Of a stretch of DNA of 64,000 nucleotides, positions 8,167 through 18,275 are shown one piece after another; positions within the stretch are counted from its first letter, which is position 1; each line of letters opens with the position of its first letter. The DNA is from an uncultured Candidatus Melainabacteria bacterium (GTDB taxonomy: Bacteria; Cyanobacteriota; Vampirovibrionia; Gastranaerophilales; Gastranaerophilaceae). The notes below the pieces were generated by a model. It did not search any database. It was not told the DNA's origin and saw only the letters and a list, made by a program, of their open reading frames with translations. Made by a program: the position numbers and the translations under genes. The stretch is from assembly GCA_934691935.1 (NCBI GenBank), contig CAKUTH010000001.1:222967-286966 (forward strand), read 5' to 3'.

Positions 8167-9519
8167 CTACAAACTATTACTAAAGAAATCTACACCACCA
8201 AGAGCTTGATAAAGATTTATCATCGCGATTATTTCATTAATTTTTAATGATACTTCTTGCTTTTGAATTATAAGTTCAACTTCTTTTTTGTACAAAACAT
8301 CCAACAAATCTGATACACCAACCTGAATTTTTTGTTCTTCCAACGTCATATCTTGCTCACTCAAATTCAATCTTTCTTCAACTATTGAATGTCTTTTTGC
8401 TGTTGATTTGAGGGTATAAAGCGCATCGTTTGTTTCTTGAATAGATCTTAATATTGTTTTGTCATAATTTTGAATAGCAATTTCGTATTCATCTTTTTGC
8501 AATTTCAGCATCTGGATTTTTCTTCCACCAGTAAACAAGTCCCAAGTTGGTGCAAGCGCTAAGTTTGCAAGAAATTTGTCTGAGCTTGAAAGGTTGTAAG
8601 CGTTGAATCCTAAAGTTCCCACAATATTGAAACTCGGTAAAAGTTCTCTTTTTGCAACTCTTACATCTATCCCGATTTTTTCAAGATTAAGTTCCGATTT
8701 GACACAATCTGGGCGTTTTAAAATTACATCTGTCTGAATAGTTTCAGGCACAACGATTTTTGCTTTTATGTTATCATAACTCGTTCTATCAATTTGCGCA
8801 AACGACCTGTCTGAAAGCAAAACGCTAATTTGATTTTTCAAAACATCTTGTTTTTCAAGCAGATTATCTAATTCCTCTTTATAATTTGTCAGAGCCTTTT
8901 TTTCTTGGATTAAGTCATTAATATTTGCAGTTCCTAACTCATATTTTTCCTCAACAGCACCTATCACTTGCTTTTGTGTACTTATCAAATCTTTTTGCAA
9001 CGCAATTAATTTGTCAGCTTTTATCAAATTGTAATAATCTGTAGCAAACGCAGATGTCAAGTAAATGTATGCTGATTTTTCTTCTTGCTTTATCATTTCG
9101 TAACGTTTTTTCTGAGCTTTTGTTCGCAAAAAATTTTTACCGTAAATATCAATTTCATAATTATATGACAATGGCAAAAGAAAACGAGTTTCAGTATAAT
9201 CAGGGATTGTAAGTTTACCAAAGACTTCATCAGAAGAATGAAAAATCCTTCCAATATACCCGTCAAAACCAACGTAAGGCAACTGATTTGCTAACGAAAT
9301 TTTAACAAGCCTTTGTGCCTCTTGAACCTTTAGGGATGATGCTTTCAAGTCATTGTTGTTTTGATAAACCGTTGTAAGATTTTTTATCAAAACATCATCG
9401 TTAAAGTTTTGCCAAAATGGCAAATTTAAATATCCAATTAAATAGTTGTCGGCGTTTTTTGCGTACCCTGGCGAACACAACATAAGTATTAGGGTTAATG
9501 TATAAATAAACTTTTTCAT
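8167..9519 (-). CDS. TolC-family outer membrane efflux protein (OMF)
   Basis: 450 aa. Lipoprotein-like signal (LILMLCSPGYA). Pattern of two repeated coiled-coil/beta segments typical of the OEP family. Divergent from the MarR-EmrAB genes. Confidence 0.75.
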   Translation of the reverse strand: MKKFIYTLTLILMLCSPGYAKNADNYLIGYLNLPFWQNFNDDVLIKNLTTVYQNNNDLKASSLKVQEAQRLVKISLANQLPYVGFDGYIGRIFHSSDEVFGKLTIPDYTETRFLLPLSYNYEIDIYGKNFLRTKAQKKRYEMIKQEEKSAYIYLTSAFATDYYNLIKADKLIALQKDLISTQKQVIGAVEEKYELGTANINDLIQEKKALTNYKEELDNLLEKQDVLKNQISVLLSDRSFAQIDRTSYDNIKAKIVVPETIQTDVILKRPDCVKSELNLEKIGIDVRVAKRELLPSFNIVGTLGFNAYNLSSSDKFLANLALAPTWDLFTGGRKIQMLKLQKDEYEIAIQNYDKTILRSIQETNDALYTLKSTAKRHSIVEERLNLSEQDMTLEEQKIQVGVSDLLDVLYKKEVELIIQKQEVSLKINEIIAMINLYQALGGVDFFSNSL

Positions 9520-9654
9520 ATATTTCCTTCGTTATTATAATAACACAAAAATTAAAAAATAAAAGTATCTAGTTTATAAAATATTAATATTATTAACTTG
9601 TACCTATTGCAAATAAAAATTATTGAGTTATCATAATAACAGGAGAACCCCAAA

Positions 9655-10101
9655 ATGCTTAACGATATATTCATCAAACTAATCGGCAATGCAATTGTAC
9701 AAGCAGGCAGAGCTATCAAGGTACACAATCTTGAAATGTTCGCCAACAAAAACTTTAACATAACTCCAGAACAGTTTTTGGTACTGAGCATGCTTAACGA
9801 CGATGCTGAACTTTATCAAAACAAACTGTGCGAAGAATTATACAAAGATAAGTCAAACATGGCTCGAATCCTTTCTGTTTTGGGGAAAAAGGGTTTAATA
9901 GAAAAATTTCAAACAACAGAAAATAAAAAACAGGTTAATAAAATAAAAATTACCCCAAAAGGCAAACAGGTACGCGACGAAATTACTCCGATTATGAAAA
10001 ATTCTCGAGAGCACTATCTTGACGGAGTTACTCAAGACGAAATGTATACCTGCTTGAAAGTTCTCAGTAAAATACAAGAAAATTTAGCAAAAAAGGAATA
10101 A
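9655..10101 (+). CDS. MarR-family transcriptional regulator
   Basis: 148 aa. Winged-HTH core ITPEQFLVLSMLNDDAELYQNKLCEELYKDKSNMARILSVLGKKGLIEK. First gene of the efflux operon. Confidence 0.8.
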   Translation: MLNDIFIKLIGNAIVQAGRAIKVHNLEMFANKNFNITPEQFLVLSMLNDDAELYQNKLCEELYKDKSNMARILSVLGKKGLIEKFQTTENKKQVNKIKITPKGKQVRDEITPIMKNSREHYLDGVTQDEMYTCLKVLSKIQENLAKKE

Positions 10102-10103
10102 AA

Positions 10104-11168
10104 ATGGCAACAAATAAGAAATCGAAAGATTTTTTTAAGGAAGAAGCACTTAAACGTTTACAAGCAATAAAAAAGAGAAGAAAGAAAAAGAGAAAACCTT
10201 ATCAAAAGAAAAGAATTGTAATCCCTGCAACGATTATGACAATATTGTTGTTGTGCGGAATTCACTCGTTCTTAATCTCTTTAAAATACCAAAGCACCGA
10301 CGACGCTTTTATCGAAGGTAGACTAATTAACGTTGCACCGAGAGTTTCGGGGCAAGTTATTGAGCTATATTTTGATGATAACGATTTTGTAAAACAAGGA
10401 CAATTGCTTTTGGAACTTGACCCAAATGACTATCAAAACAAAGTTGACGAACTTGAAGCAAGCATAAAAGAAGCAAAAGCCAACACTGATACCTCATTCA
10501 ATGATACCGAAAAATCTCAGGCTGATTTGGCTCAAGCAAATAAAAACTTGGATTTTGCGAAAAAAGATTACGAAAGATACAAAAAGTTGTCCAAAGACGG
10601 CTTATGTACAAAACAAGAACTCGATAGAGCGGAAACAGCATATAAACAAGCCCTCGATAGAGAAAGAGCAATGGATGCGAGCTTGAAGTCATCTCAATCT
10701 AAACAAGACGCATCAAGTGCAAATATTGAAAAATTAGAAGCACAACTTGAACAAGCAAAGCTCAATTTGTCTTACACAAAAATCTACGCGCCACAAGACG
10801 GGAATATTTCAGCCAGAAATGTAGAAAAAGGGAATTATGTACAAGTAGGACAATCACTTACATCAATAGTTTCACCAAATATTTGGATAGTTGCAAACTT
10901 TAAAGAAACACAACTAACAAACATGAAGCAAGGACAAGACGTTAGTATAAAAATCGATACCTACCCTAGGAAAAGATTTAAGGGAAAAGTTGATAGTATC
11001 CAAAGGGCGTCGGGTGCGAAATCGAGTCTATTCCCGCCAGAAAACGCTGTAGGCAGTTACATCAAAGTAGTACAGAGAATCCCTGTAAAAATTAGGTTTA
11101 CAGAAGATATTTCCGACTACAATATCGCCCCTGGCATGAGCGTAATTCCAAAGGTTAAAATAAAATAA
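10104..11168 (+). CDS. emrA: HlyD/EmrA-family membrane fusion (periplasmic adaptor) protein
   Basis: 354 aa. N-terminal TM, long coiled coil, then a lipoyl/beta-barrel region (YTKIYAPQDGNISARNVEKGNYV). Stop overlaps the emrB start. Confidence 0.8.
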   Translation: MATNKKSKDFFKEEALKRLQAIKKRRKKKRKPYQKKRIVIPATIMTILLLCGIHSFLISLKYQSTDDAFIEGRLINVAPRVSGQVIELYFDDNDFVKQGQLLLELDPNDYQNKVDELEASIKEAKANTDTSFNDTEKSQADLAQANKNLDFAKKDYERYKKLSKDGLCTKQELDRAETAYKQALDRERAMDASLKSSQSKQDASSANIEKLEAQLEQAKLNLSYTKIYAPQDGNISARNVEKGNYVQVGQSLTSIVSPNIWIVANFKETQLTNMKQGQDVSIKIDTYPRKRFKGKVDSIQRASGAKSSLFPPENAVGSYIKVVQRIPVKIRFTEDISDYNIAPGMSVIPKVKIK

Positions 11169-12721
11169 TGGAAACCAAACCTCAAGAAGAAAAACAAATT
11201 CCATTGTGGCTAATGTCACTAATAGTTACAATGCCGACATTTTTCGCATTTTTAGCAACAAGCGCAACAAATGTTGCTCTACCGCATATTGCAGGATCGT
11301 TCGGGTCTACAAACGACGAAGCAAAATGGGTCGTTACGAGTTATATGATTGCAAACGGCATATTTTTACCGCTAACTGGTTGGCTGGAAAGAAGACTTGG
11401 ACGTTTAGATTTTTTAAAAATATTTATTTCATTATTCACTATCGGTTCAATTATTTGTGCACTTGCACCAAACCTGCTTATACTAATTCTTGGCAGACTA
11501 GTACAAGGTGTTGGGGGCGGGGTTTTAATGCCATTATCACAATCAATTCTACTGCAAGAATATCCACGCGACAGAAAAGGTGATGCCATGGCGGTTTTCA
11601 TCTTCGCCATAATGGTATCATCAATCATGGGTCCAACTGTTGGTGGTTGTTTGGTCGATTATTTTTCATGGCAATGGATTTTTATAATCAACATACCTAT
11701 CGGAATTTTATCATTAATATTAATCCCGTTGGTAATAAGAGATACGCAAAAACAACGCAAGAAAGAAAAAACTGACATCATTGGGTTTACTTTTCTTGTT
11801 TTGTGGTTGTTTTCAATGCAAGTTGTCTTGGACAAAGGTCAACAATACGGTTGGTTTGACTGCGACTGGATATGCTGGTTAAGTTTATTCTCCTTAGGTT
11901 GTATGATGTTCTTCGCAGTATGGGAACTCGAAACAAACGAACCAATTGTTAATTTGCGGGTATTTAAAGATTTAAACTTCGTTGTCGGGACAATTTTAGG
12001 GGCGTTAATCAATATTATGTCCTGTGTCACAATAATCCTCTTACCACAATTTTATCAAGGTTTGATGGGATATACAGCGTCCTTGACAGGTTTAGTTTTA
12101 GCAAGCAGGGTAATCGCCTGTTTTGCTCTCGTATTTATCGGGAAATTATGCCAAATATATGACCTAAGACTGCTTATTGCTATTGGATTTCTCTCAATCG
12201 GTTCATCAATTGCAATATGCACAAACCTGAACCTTCAAGTCGCTCCTGGAACAATTTTTATTTCAAACGTATTATTCGGAATTGGCACAGTATTTACGCT
12301 CGTACCTATTTCCGCACTGGCACTCGGTACATTACCGAAAGATAAAATTGCAGACGCGGCTGGTGTTCATAGCCTCTCAAAATGTGTGACTGGTTCAATG
12401 TTTACTTCACTTGCATCAAGTTTTGCAATCAGATTGGCACAAGTTCACCAAACGTATTTAGTCAAAAACATGTCTATTAACAACCCAATTTTTATAAAAC
12501 ATTTTATGGAACTAAAACACGCATTTATGGTTAACCACGCATCAATCACAGCCAGCAAACAGGCAAATGTAATACTTTACAAACAACTAATCGTTCAATC
12601 GCGCTTGTTTGCATTCACAGACATTTTTCAATTTGCAATGACTGTAACATTTCTAGCAATCCCTCTGATTTTCTTGTTAAAAGTAAGTTCAGACGCAAAA
12701 GCCCAAAAGAGTAAATCATAG
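11168..12721 (+). CDS. emrB: MFS DHA2-family (EmrB/QacA-type, 14-TM) drug:H+ antiporter
   Basis: 517 aa. Motif A-like LGRLDFLKI and GRLVQGVGGG. 14 hydrophobic segments. Translationally coupled to emrA. Confidence 0.8.
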   Translation: METKPQEEKQIPLWLMSLIVTMPTFFAFLATSATNVALPHIAGSFGSTNDEAKWVVTSYMIANGIFLPLTGWLERRLGRLDFLKIFISLFTIGSIICALAPNLLILILGRLVQGVGGGVLMPLSQSILLQEYPRDRKGDAMAVFIFAIMVSSIMGPTVGGCLVDYFSWQWIFIINIPIGILSLILIPLVIRDTQKQRKKEKTDIIGFTFLVLWLFSMQVVLDKGQQYGWFDCDWICWLSLFSLGCMMFFAVWELETNEPIVNLRVFKDLNFVVGTILGALINIMSCVTIILLPQFYQGLMGYTASLTGLVLASRVIACFALVFIGKLCQIYDLRLLIAIGFLSIGSSIAICTNLNLQVAPGTIFISNVLFGIGTVFTLVPISALALGTLPKDKIADAAGVHSLSKCVTGSMFTSLASSFAIRLAQVHQTYLVKNMSINNPIFIKHFMELKHAFMVNHASITASKQANVILYKQLIVQSRLFAFTDIFQFAMTVTFLAIPLIFLLKVSSDAKAQKSKS

Positions 12722-12758
12722 AGATTTATCCATTGGACTCATTTTATAAACATTATAC

Positions 12759-13385
12759 TTAAGACTCTTTCAGATGTTTTACGTGTTTATAAACATAAAT
12801 TACGCCCAACACTAGCACTATCAATACTATTGCGATATCGAATTTGTGCCAAAGATGTTTGAAGGCTTCCATATTTTGTCCCATTTTCATACCGACATAA
12901 ACCAGCGCATAGCTCCAAACCAAAGAGCCTAAAAACGTTAATGTGAAAAATACTCTTTTTTTAGCTCTCAAAATCCCTGCTGGCAAAGAAATAAATGTTC
13001 TTACAACAGGAAGCATTCTGCATACAAAAAATGCCCAATCGCCATATTTTTCAACCCATTTATCTGCTTCTTCCAAATCTTTGTGCGAAATTAAAAAATA
13101 TTTGCCATATTTTTCAACGAATTTTCTTCCGCCAAAAAATCCGAGATAATAAGATGGAATTGAGCCTAACACACAACCAAAAGCACCCGCCAACGCAGCA
13201 ATATGGAAATTCATTTCTCCCTTACTTACAATGTATCCTGCAAACGGCAATACAGCTTCACTCGGCAACGGAATATTGCAAGATTCAATTGCCATAAGCA
13301 AACTGATGCCCCAAGGTCCCATTACATTGATTATGTGCTCAATCATGTTTATCAAAAAAGTTAAAATTGTATTTACTAATTCCAT
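12759..13385 (-). CDS. DedA/SNARE-associated (TVP38) family membrane protein
   Basis: 208 aa. LPSEAVLPFAGY...G and the LPVVRTFISLPAG motif are characteristic of DedA. Confidence 0.75.
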   Translation of the reverse strand: MELVNTILTFLINMIEHIINVMGPWGISLLMAIESCNIPLPSEAVLPFAGYIVSKGEMNFHIAALAGAFGCVLGSIPSYYLGFFGGRKFVEKYGKYFLISHKDLEEADKWVEKYGDWAFFVCRMLPVVRTFISLPAGILRAKKRVFFTLTFLGSLVWSYALVYVGMKMGQNMEAFKHLWHKFDIAIVLIVLVLGVIYVYKHVKHLKES

Positions 13386-13389
13386 ATTT

Positions 13390-15114
13390 TTATTCCTTCA
13401 ATAATTTCTGTGCTAATTCACTTTCTGTTCTACCGTTTAGAGTTTTGCTGATTTTTTGTAATTTTTGAGCTATCAATTCCATATTGTCAGTCCATACAAA
13501 ATTATCAAGCACATATTTTTCAGCCTTTTCAAATTCTCCATCAATTTGTATTCTAATAATTTCAGCCAACATTTTCTTCGCGATAGGAACAACTTTGTCA
13601 ATGTTTACGTGAATTTTTCCATCAACGATATCGTAAGCTCCGTTTTCTGAAAAATATTTATTTTGCATAACTGTTCTAACCCTATGAGCCTGACTTAGCG
13701 TAGGTTTTGATTTCAAGAAATTATCAGTAACTGTTGTGACAATAATTTGTTTGCGTTGTTGTTCAGTATACATACCTAATTCAGTCAACAAATCAACAAA
13801 AGCCAAAGATCCCATATCAGCCTTATTTTCTTCAATGATATTTCTGTATTTACCTAGAGTTTCACAAGCCTTTTTAGGTCCAAGTGAGTGGGCATTTTCG
13901 TGTCCAATCGTAAACCAGTGATCAGCTTCATCAAGATAAAATTGATGCTGGTCTTTATCTAAAATTGCATCTAGCCTTTCTTGAAGTTTTTTCATATCAC
14001 TAATAAAACGAATTTGTCTGTGATAAACATTACGTCTGCCACCACCTATTTTTAATGACAATTTGTCATCATTTGGCAGGTTTTCGGCTAACGTAATTCC
14101 GCCACGATAAGCTCCAACGTCCCCGCAAACTGCGACTAAATCAACATCAACCATTGTTTGTTGAGTTTCTTTGTCAGTAGATATATTTTGTTCATATTCA
14201 TCGGCAAACGGCATATTTTTAGCAAGTGTAGGAAGATATTTTTTTATTGCCATCAAATCTTCCGTACCTTTTTTATTCACAATACCAACACGACCGCCAA
14301 GAAAATCTTTTGGGATTGGTGTAATTTCAAATTTTTCAAGTAAAGCTGATAACTCCTTGTTTTCAATGATTGTTCCAGTCATTTCATCTTCATAATTTTC
14401 TCTTGTGATAGTAAATTCTAACGGAGTGTCTTGCAATGTCGCCCATTTTTTATCCGCATAAGCATCTAACATCGGGTCAGCTGTTCTCAATGCCTTTGCT
14501 TGCAATTTCAAATATTCTGCAAAATCAGAATTTGTAGATGTTTCAGATGCTTTGTCGATTTCATCAGCCATTTTTTCAAAATCATCTTTGAATTTGTCAA
14601 TATAGTCAATTCCAACAAGCTCATCACCGCATCTTTCAACAACAGAACGCTGTGTGAGAATTTTTTTAACATCCTGAATTTTACCTTCATTTAACATTTT
14701 TGTTAAAATTTTGTGAAATTCTTCTTTTGACAAATCTTCTGGATAAACACCTTTGCCAGGTTTTTCTGTAATTCCTTTTGCCAAGTTAATTTTGTTTGAC
14801 ATAGTATCAATAGCATTTATCCCTTTTTGAGCATCAAACAATATTTTTGTAAGCTCAGCTTGTTTATTACCTTTTGCAATTTCATTGTCCAAAAATGCTT
14901 TGAATTCTAAATTGTAATGGCAATCCAATTGCATATTAATCTTTTCTAAAATATAACCAGCTTTTACCAAATGTTTAAGAGTTTCTTTATCACCGTCTTC
15001 AAGCGCCAAATATTCTGGGGCATCAACCTTTAGCATTTTTTTTGTAGTTAAATAATCTTTACTGGTGCGCTTTTCCAATTCTTCAATTGTCAGGTTCAAT
15101 TCAAACTCTCTCAT
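13390..15114 (-). CDS. zinc metallopeptidase, M49 (dipeptidyl-peptidase III)-like
   Basis: 574 aa. HWFTIGHENAHSLGP (HExxH) followed by EENKADMGS, which resembles the second M49 motif EExR/KAE/D. Family assignment is tentative. Confidence 0.5.
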   Translation of the reverse strand: MREFELNLTIEELEKRTSKDYLTTKKMLKVDAPEYLALEDGDKETLKHLVKAGYILEKINMQLDCHYNLEFKAFLDNEIAKGNKQAELTKILFDAQKGINAIDTMSNKINLAKGITEKPGKGVYPEDLSKEEFHKILTKMLNEGKIQDVKKILTQRSVVERCGDELVGIDYIDKFKDDFEKMADEIDKASETSTNSDFAEYLKLQAKALRTADPMLDAYADKKWATLQDTPLEFTITRENYEDEMTGTIIENKELSALLEKFEITPIPKDFLGGRVGIVNKKGTEDLMAIKKYLPTLAKNMPFADEYEQNISTDKETQQTMVDVDLVAVCGDVGAYRGGITLAENLPNDDKLSLKIGGGRRNVYHRQIRFISDMKKLQERLDAILDKDQHQFYLDEADHWFTIGHENAHSLGPKKACETLGKYRNIIEENKADMGSLAFVDLLTELGMYTEQQRKQIIVTTVTDNFLKSKPTLSQAHRVRTVMQNKYFSENGAYDIVDGKIHVNIDKVVPIAKKMLAEIIRIQIDGEFEKAEKYVLDNFVWTDNMELIAQKLQKISKTLNGRTESELAQKLLKE

Positions 15115-15302
15115 ATCAAATCTCCTTCTTATGCACTTATTATAGCATAAAAATGTATAAGTAACCGTAGTTCACAACTAGTTTTATGGCTTTAAATTTT
15201 AGAGATACTTAAACAAGTTCAATATGACCATATAGGTTAATATAAGTGTATAAAAGACCTTATTTAGTTTTGTAAATTATTCGGGATTTTGAGATTATAA
15301 AA

Positions 15303-15334
15303 GTTGAAAAAAATGTTAAAATATGTTACAATAG
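15303..15334 (+). promoter_or_regulatory. near-consensus sigma70-type promoter TTGAAA-17nt-TACAAT
   Basis: Read directly from the sequence. A roughly 105-nt leader follows, containing a stem (GGAAAATCCTTTA / TAAAGGTTTCC) and a 16-codon uORF, before the ATG at 15441. Confidence 0.4.
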
Positions 15335-15440
15335 TAGTAGGAAAATCCTTTATGAGGAGATTAAAGGTTTCCGACGAGTGTTATTCCCCGCACCACTCTT
15401 AAAACAAAAAGGTATCCAGTTACGAAATATTGGTGACGCT

Positions 15441-16697
15441 ATGGATACAATAATTTGCAATGAAAAAGATTACAGAAAAATAATTGAAACGGTGATTAAT
15501 GTTTCAATTATTGGAGCTTTAATTTTGTGTCAGGGGTTGTTACCTATATACGCAAATAATTTTAAAGTAGCGCAGATTTCAACCCCCGACTTTGATACTG
15601 GACAAGTCAAAGCACGCATTCTCAACGAAATTTCACCTGAGGTGCGACGCAAAAATTTTGATACAATGGTTCGGCAAAAATACCCGAAAGCTCTAATTTC
15701 TGATGTAACCAGCGGGGTAAAGCATATTAAACTTACAAAATACTATGCTGGTAAACCTGTAAAAATAAATGTTGTAGAAGTTGATATGAAACTTGCTAAA
15801 GATTTAGAGCTTACACCAGCGCTTTCCACAAATTCAAAACTTAATAGCAGAAGGTTAATTGGTACAATTGCTAAAAATAATAATGCTGTAGTGGCATTAA
15901 ACGGTACATATTTTAAACCCCAAACGGGTGTTCCTCTTGGAACTTTAATGATTGATAAAAAAATGTACACAGGTCCTATTTACGATAGGGTTGCTATGGG
16001 CATTTTTAATGATGGATTTGACATCGCTCGCGTACAACTAAACGCAACAGTAAAAGGCAGTGGTACTACAATTAAAGTTGATAACATCAATCAACCGAGA
16101 ATGCTTTCAACATACGTTCTTGCATACACTCCAGAATGGGGCAAAATTTCTCCTTACGCTCCAAAATACGGTATGAATTTACTTGTTGAAAACAATTTAA
16201 TCACTAAAGCGTCTGCAAACCCAATCGAAATTCCGCAAAACGGTTATGTAATTTCAGGTCCAAAACAAACCCTACAACCACTGTTAAAGAACAAAGATGC
16301 AAAATTAACAATAAAAACCAACCCAGAATGGAATGGGGTTAAACATATCATCAGTGGCGGTCCGTATCTTGTAAAAGACAACGAAATTTTTGTTGATATG
16401 ACAGCTCAAAAACTCGGAGCAATAGGCGGAAGAAACCCTCGCAGTGCAATCGGGTATACCTCAGACAACAATTTAATTCTTGTTGCTGTTGACGGTAGGG
16501 AAGGCAGTTCAATTGGTATGACACTTATGGAACTTGCCTCATTTATGAAATCTGCAGGTTGTACAAACGCAATGAATTTGGACGGTGGCGGTTCGACCGT
16601 TATGTATATAAACGGACAGGTTGTTAACCACCCTGCGCAAAAAGGCGGAATACCGCTTTCTAACGCTATCGTGCTTTCAAAAATCGAAAAAAGTTAA
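15441..16697 (+). CDS. phosphodiester glycosidase (NAGPA/DUF2233) family protein, signal-anchored
   Basis: The C-terminal half matches the NAGPA domain (HIISGGPYLVKDNEIFVD ... NAMNLDGGGSTVMY). The ORF track starts at an upstream GTG (15378); the ATG at 15441 is preferred. Confidence 0.65.
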   Translation: MDTIICNEKDYRKIIETVINVSIIGALILCQGLLPIYANNFKVAQISTPDFDTGQVKARILNEISPEVRRKNFDTMVRQKYPKALISDVTSGVKHIKLTKYYAGKPVKINVVEVDMKLAKDLELTPALSTNSKLNSRRLIGTIAKNNNAVVALNGTYFKPQTGVPLGTLMIDKKMYTGPIYDRVAMGIFNDGFDIARVQLNATVKGSGTTIKVDNINQPRMLSTYVLAYTPEWGKISPYAPKYGMNLLVENNLITKASANPIEIPQNGYVISGPKQTLQPLLKNKDAKLTIKTNPEWNGVKHIISGGPYLVKDNEIFVDMTAQKLGAIGGRNPRSAIGYTSDNNLILVAVDGREGSSIGMTLMELASFMKSAGCTNAMNLDGGGSTVMYINGQVVNHPAQKGGIPLSNAIVLSKIEKS

Positions 16698-16700
16698 GAA

Positions 16701-17108
16701 TTAACGACGGCTTACATTTTGTCCGATTATATCAGAAACCCAAGGGATATAACTAAATTGTCCCAAGAAAGCTGTTATTGCCAAATATAATACAAATGCA
16801 TAAATTACAACCTGAATTAATGAATATTCAAACAACAAAGGCATATTTAGCAAGAATGCAATTTGTGCAACGAGTTTGTTTATGAACGGAATTACACTCA
16901 ACATATTTGACAAAAATCCGATAAACAAAGACAATACCGTAAATCCAAGTGATATAAATATTGATTGAAAAATATGGTATTGTAAAAAAGGTTTCAATTT
17001 TGCGTTGGTAAACAAGCACACAATCAGCCATACAAACCCAATCATACCCATTGTAAAATACGACAATGATGCAACAACTCTATCAATTACACTTGGAAAT
17101 TCACGCAT
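16701..17108 (-). CDS. small integral membrane protein (4 TM)
   Basis: 135 aa, highly hydrophobic. Start overlaps the stop of the upstream TPR gene. Confidence 0.5.
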   Translation of the reverse strand: MREFPSVIDRVVASLSYFTMGMIGFVWLIVCLFTNAKLKPFLQYHIFQSIFISLGFTVLSLFIGFLSNMLSVIPFINKLVAQIAFLLNMPLLFEYSLIQVVIYAFVLYLAITAFLGQFSYIPWVSDIIGQNVSRR

Positions 17109-18154
17109 TACGCTCTCCTGTCGATATATTCATCGAGAACTTGAGTATAAATGAGCCTGTACTCATCATTTTCAGGCGCGATATTAATCGCAGATTTGTA
17201 AGACCCTATAGCTTCTTCAATTTCACCTTTTAAGTAATGAGCATTACCCAAAAGCAAATAAGTTTCGGCACTGTTAGGTTTTACCCTCAAGGCTTCTCTG
17301 TAAATATCGATTGCCATATCTATAAAATTGAAATTTGTATAAAGGTTAGCAAGTAAAATTCTTGCATCTATTTCTTTCGGACAAACTTCAATTGCACGTT
17401 TATACATTTCTACAGCCATGTCGTATTCACTAAATTCAGAAAGAGCGATAGCATAACAAATATACGCTTTATAGTTATCGCCATCCATTTTTAATGCTTT
17501 TTCGAAATAATTATAAGCCTTTTCGCGCTCTTTCATCAAAGTTAAAGTGTTGCCGATACAAATCGCAACGATTTTATTATCTGGATTTAGAACAAAAACT
17601 TTTTTGTAAAGTTCCAATGCTGTAGCATAATCAAACAATTTAAAACAAACATTACCCATATCAATCAATGCTGTTAAGTTTTCAGGGTCAAGCGACAACG
17701 CTTTTTCATAATACGCTTTAGCTTCGATATAATCTTCATTATCTTGGTATAAAAGCGCGATAGCATTGTAAATTTCAGGGTTTGTAGAATTCAAATCAAT
17801 AGCTCTATTGTAATAGAATAACGCTTTTGGGAAATTTTTCCATTCGGCAAAGACATTACCCATATTGTAATAAATCAAGAAGTTTTTAGGGTTCACTTCT
17901 AAAGCTCTGTTGTAGTAAGAAAGCGATTTTCTGAAATCTTTTTCATAAAACCACATAGTTCCCATACCTACAAGTGCCTGAACATCATCAGGTTTTATTG
18001 TCAAAAGGCTCTCCAAAACCGACATAACCTTGTCATAATCTTCAATTTGGAGATAAAGTTCAGAAAGTTTGTGGTAATTTTCCACATTCTTCGGATCTTT
18101 TGCCATCAATACGACTAAATCATTAATTTTGTTGTTAATTTCTTCTCTGTTCAT
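17108..18154 (-). CDS. tetratricopeptide (TPR) repeat protein
   Basis: 348 aa with repeated Ax2Yx2Ax3 / LG...P 34-aa units throughout. Confidence 0.75.
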   Translation of the reverse strand: MNREEINNKINDLVVLMAKDPKNVENYHKLSELYLQIEDYDKVMSVLESLLTIKPDDVQALVGMGTMWFYEKDFRKSLSYYNRALEVNPKNFLIYYNMGNVFAEWKNFPKALFYYNRAIDLNSTNPEIYNAIALLYQDNEDYIEAKAYYEKALSLDPENLTALIDMGNVCFKLFDYATALELYKKVFVLNPDNKIVAICIGNTLTLMKEREKAYNYFEKALKMDGDNYKAYICYAIALSEFSEYDMAVEMYKRAIEVCPKEIDARILLANLYTNFNFIDMAIDIYREALRVKPNSAETYLLLGNAHYLKGEIEEAIGSYKSAINIAPENDEYRLIYTQVLDEYIDRRA

Positions 18155-18157
18155 TAT

Positions 18158-18275
18158 TTATTTTTCCGTTTTGTTATATTCACCATTAATTTGTTTATTC
18201 AATTTATAGTTAAAAACAGTAACCATAACTGTTAAAAACGCCAAAAAAGCATAAAAAACTATATCGTTCGCGCTC
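18158..18275 (-). CDS. possible 39-aa single-TM micro-protein (MSANDIVFYAFLAFLTVMVTVFNYKLNKQINGEYNKTEK)
   Basis: Not in the ORF track because it is under 60 aa. ATG overlaps the stop of the 77-aa ORF (ATGA). Stop lies 3 nt before the TPR gene start. Confidence 0.3.

Noticed and set aside
9552-9791. 79-aa minus-strand ORF
   Set aside because: It overlaps the MarR start and promoter region, and its product is hydrophobic and low-complexity. A spurious antisense ORF.
12722-12800. TGTTTATAAACA perfect palindrome and TTTATAAACA repeat between emrB and the DedA gene
   Set aside because: Short A/T-rich palindromes are expected by chance at this base composition, and it is positioned between two convergent gene ends. 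At most a weak bidirectional terminator, so not reported as a feature.
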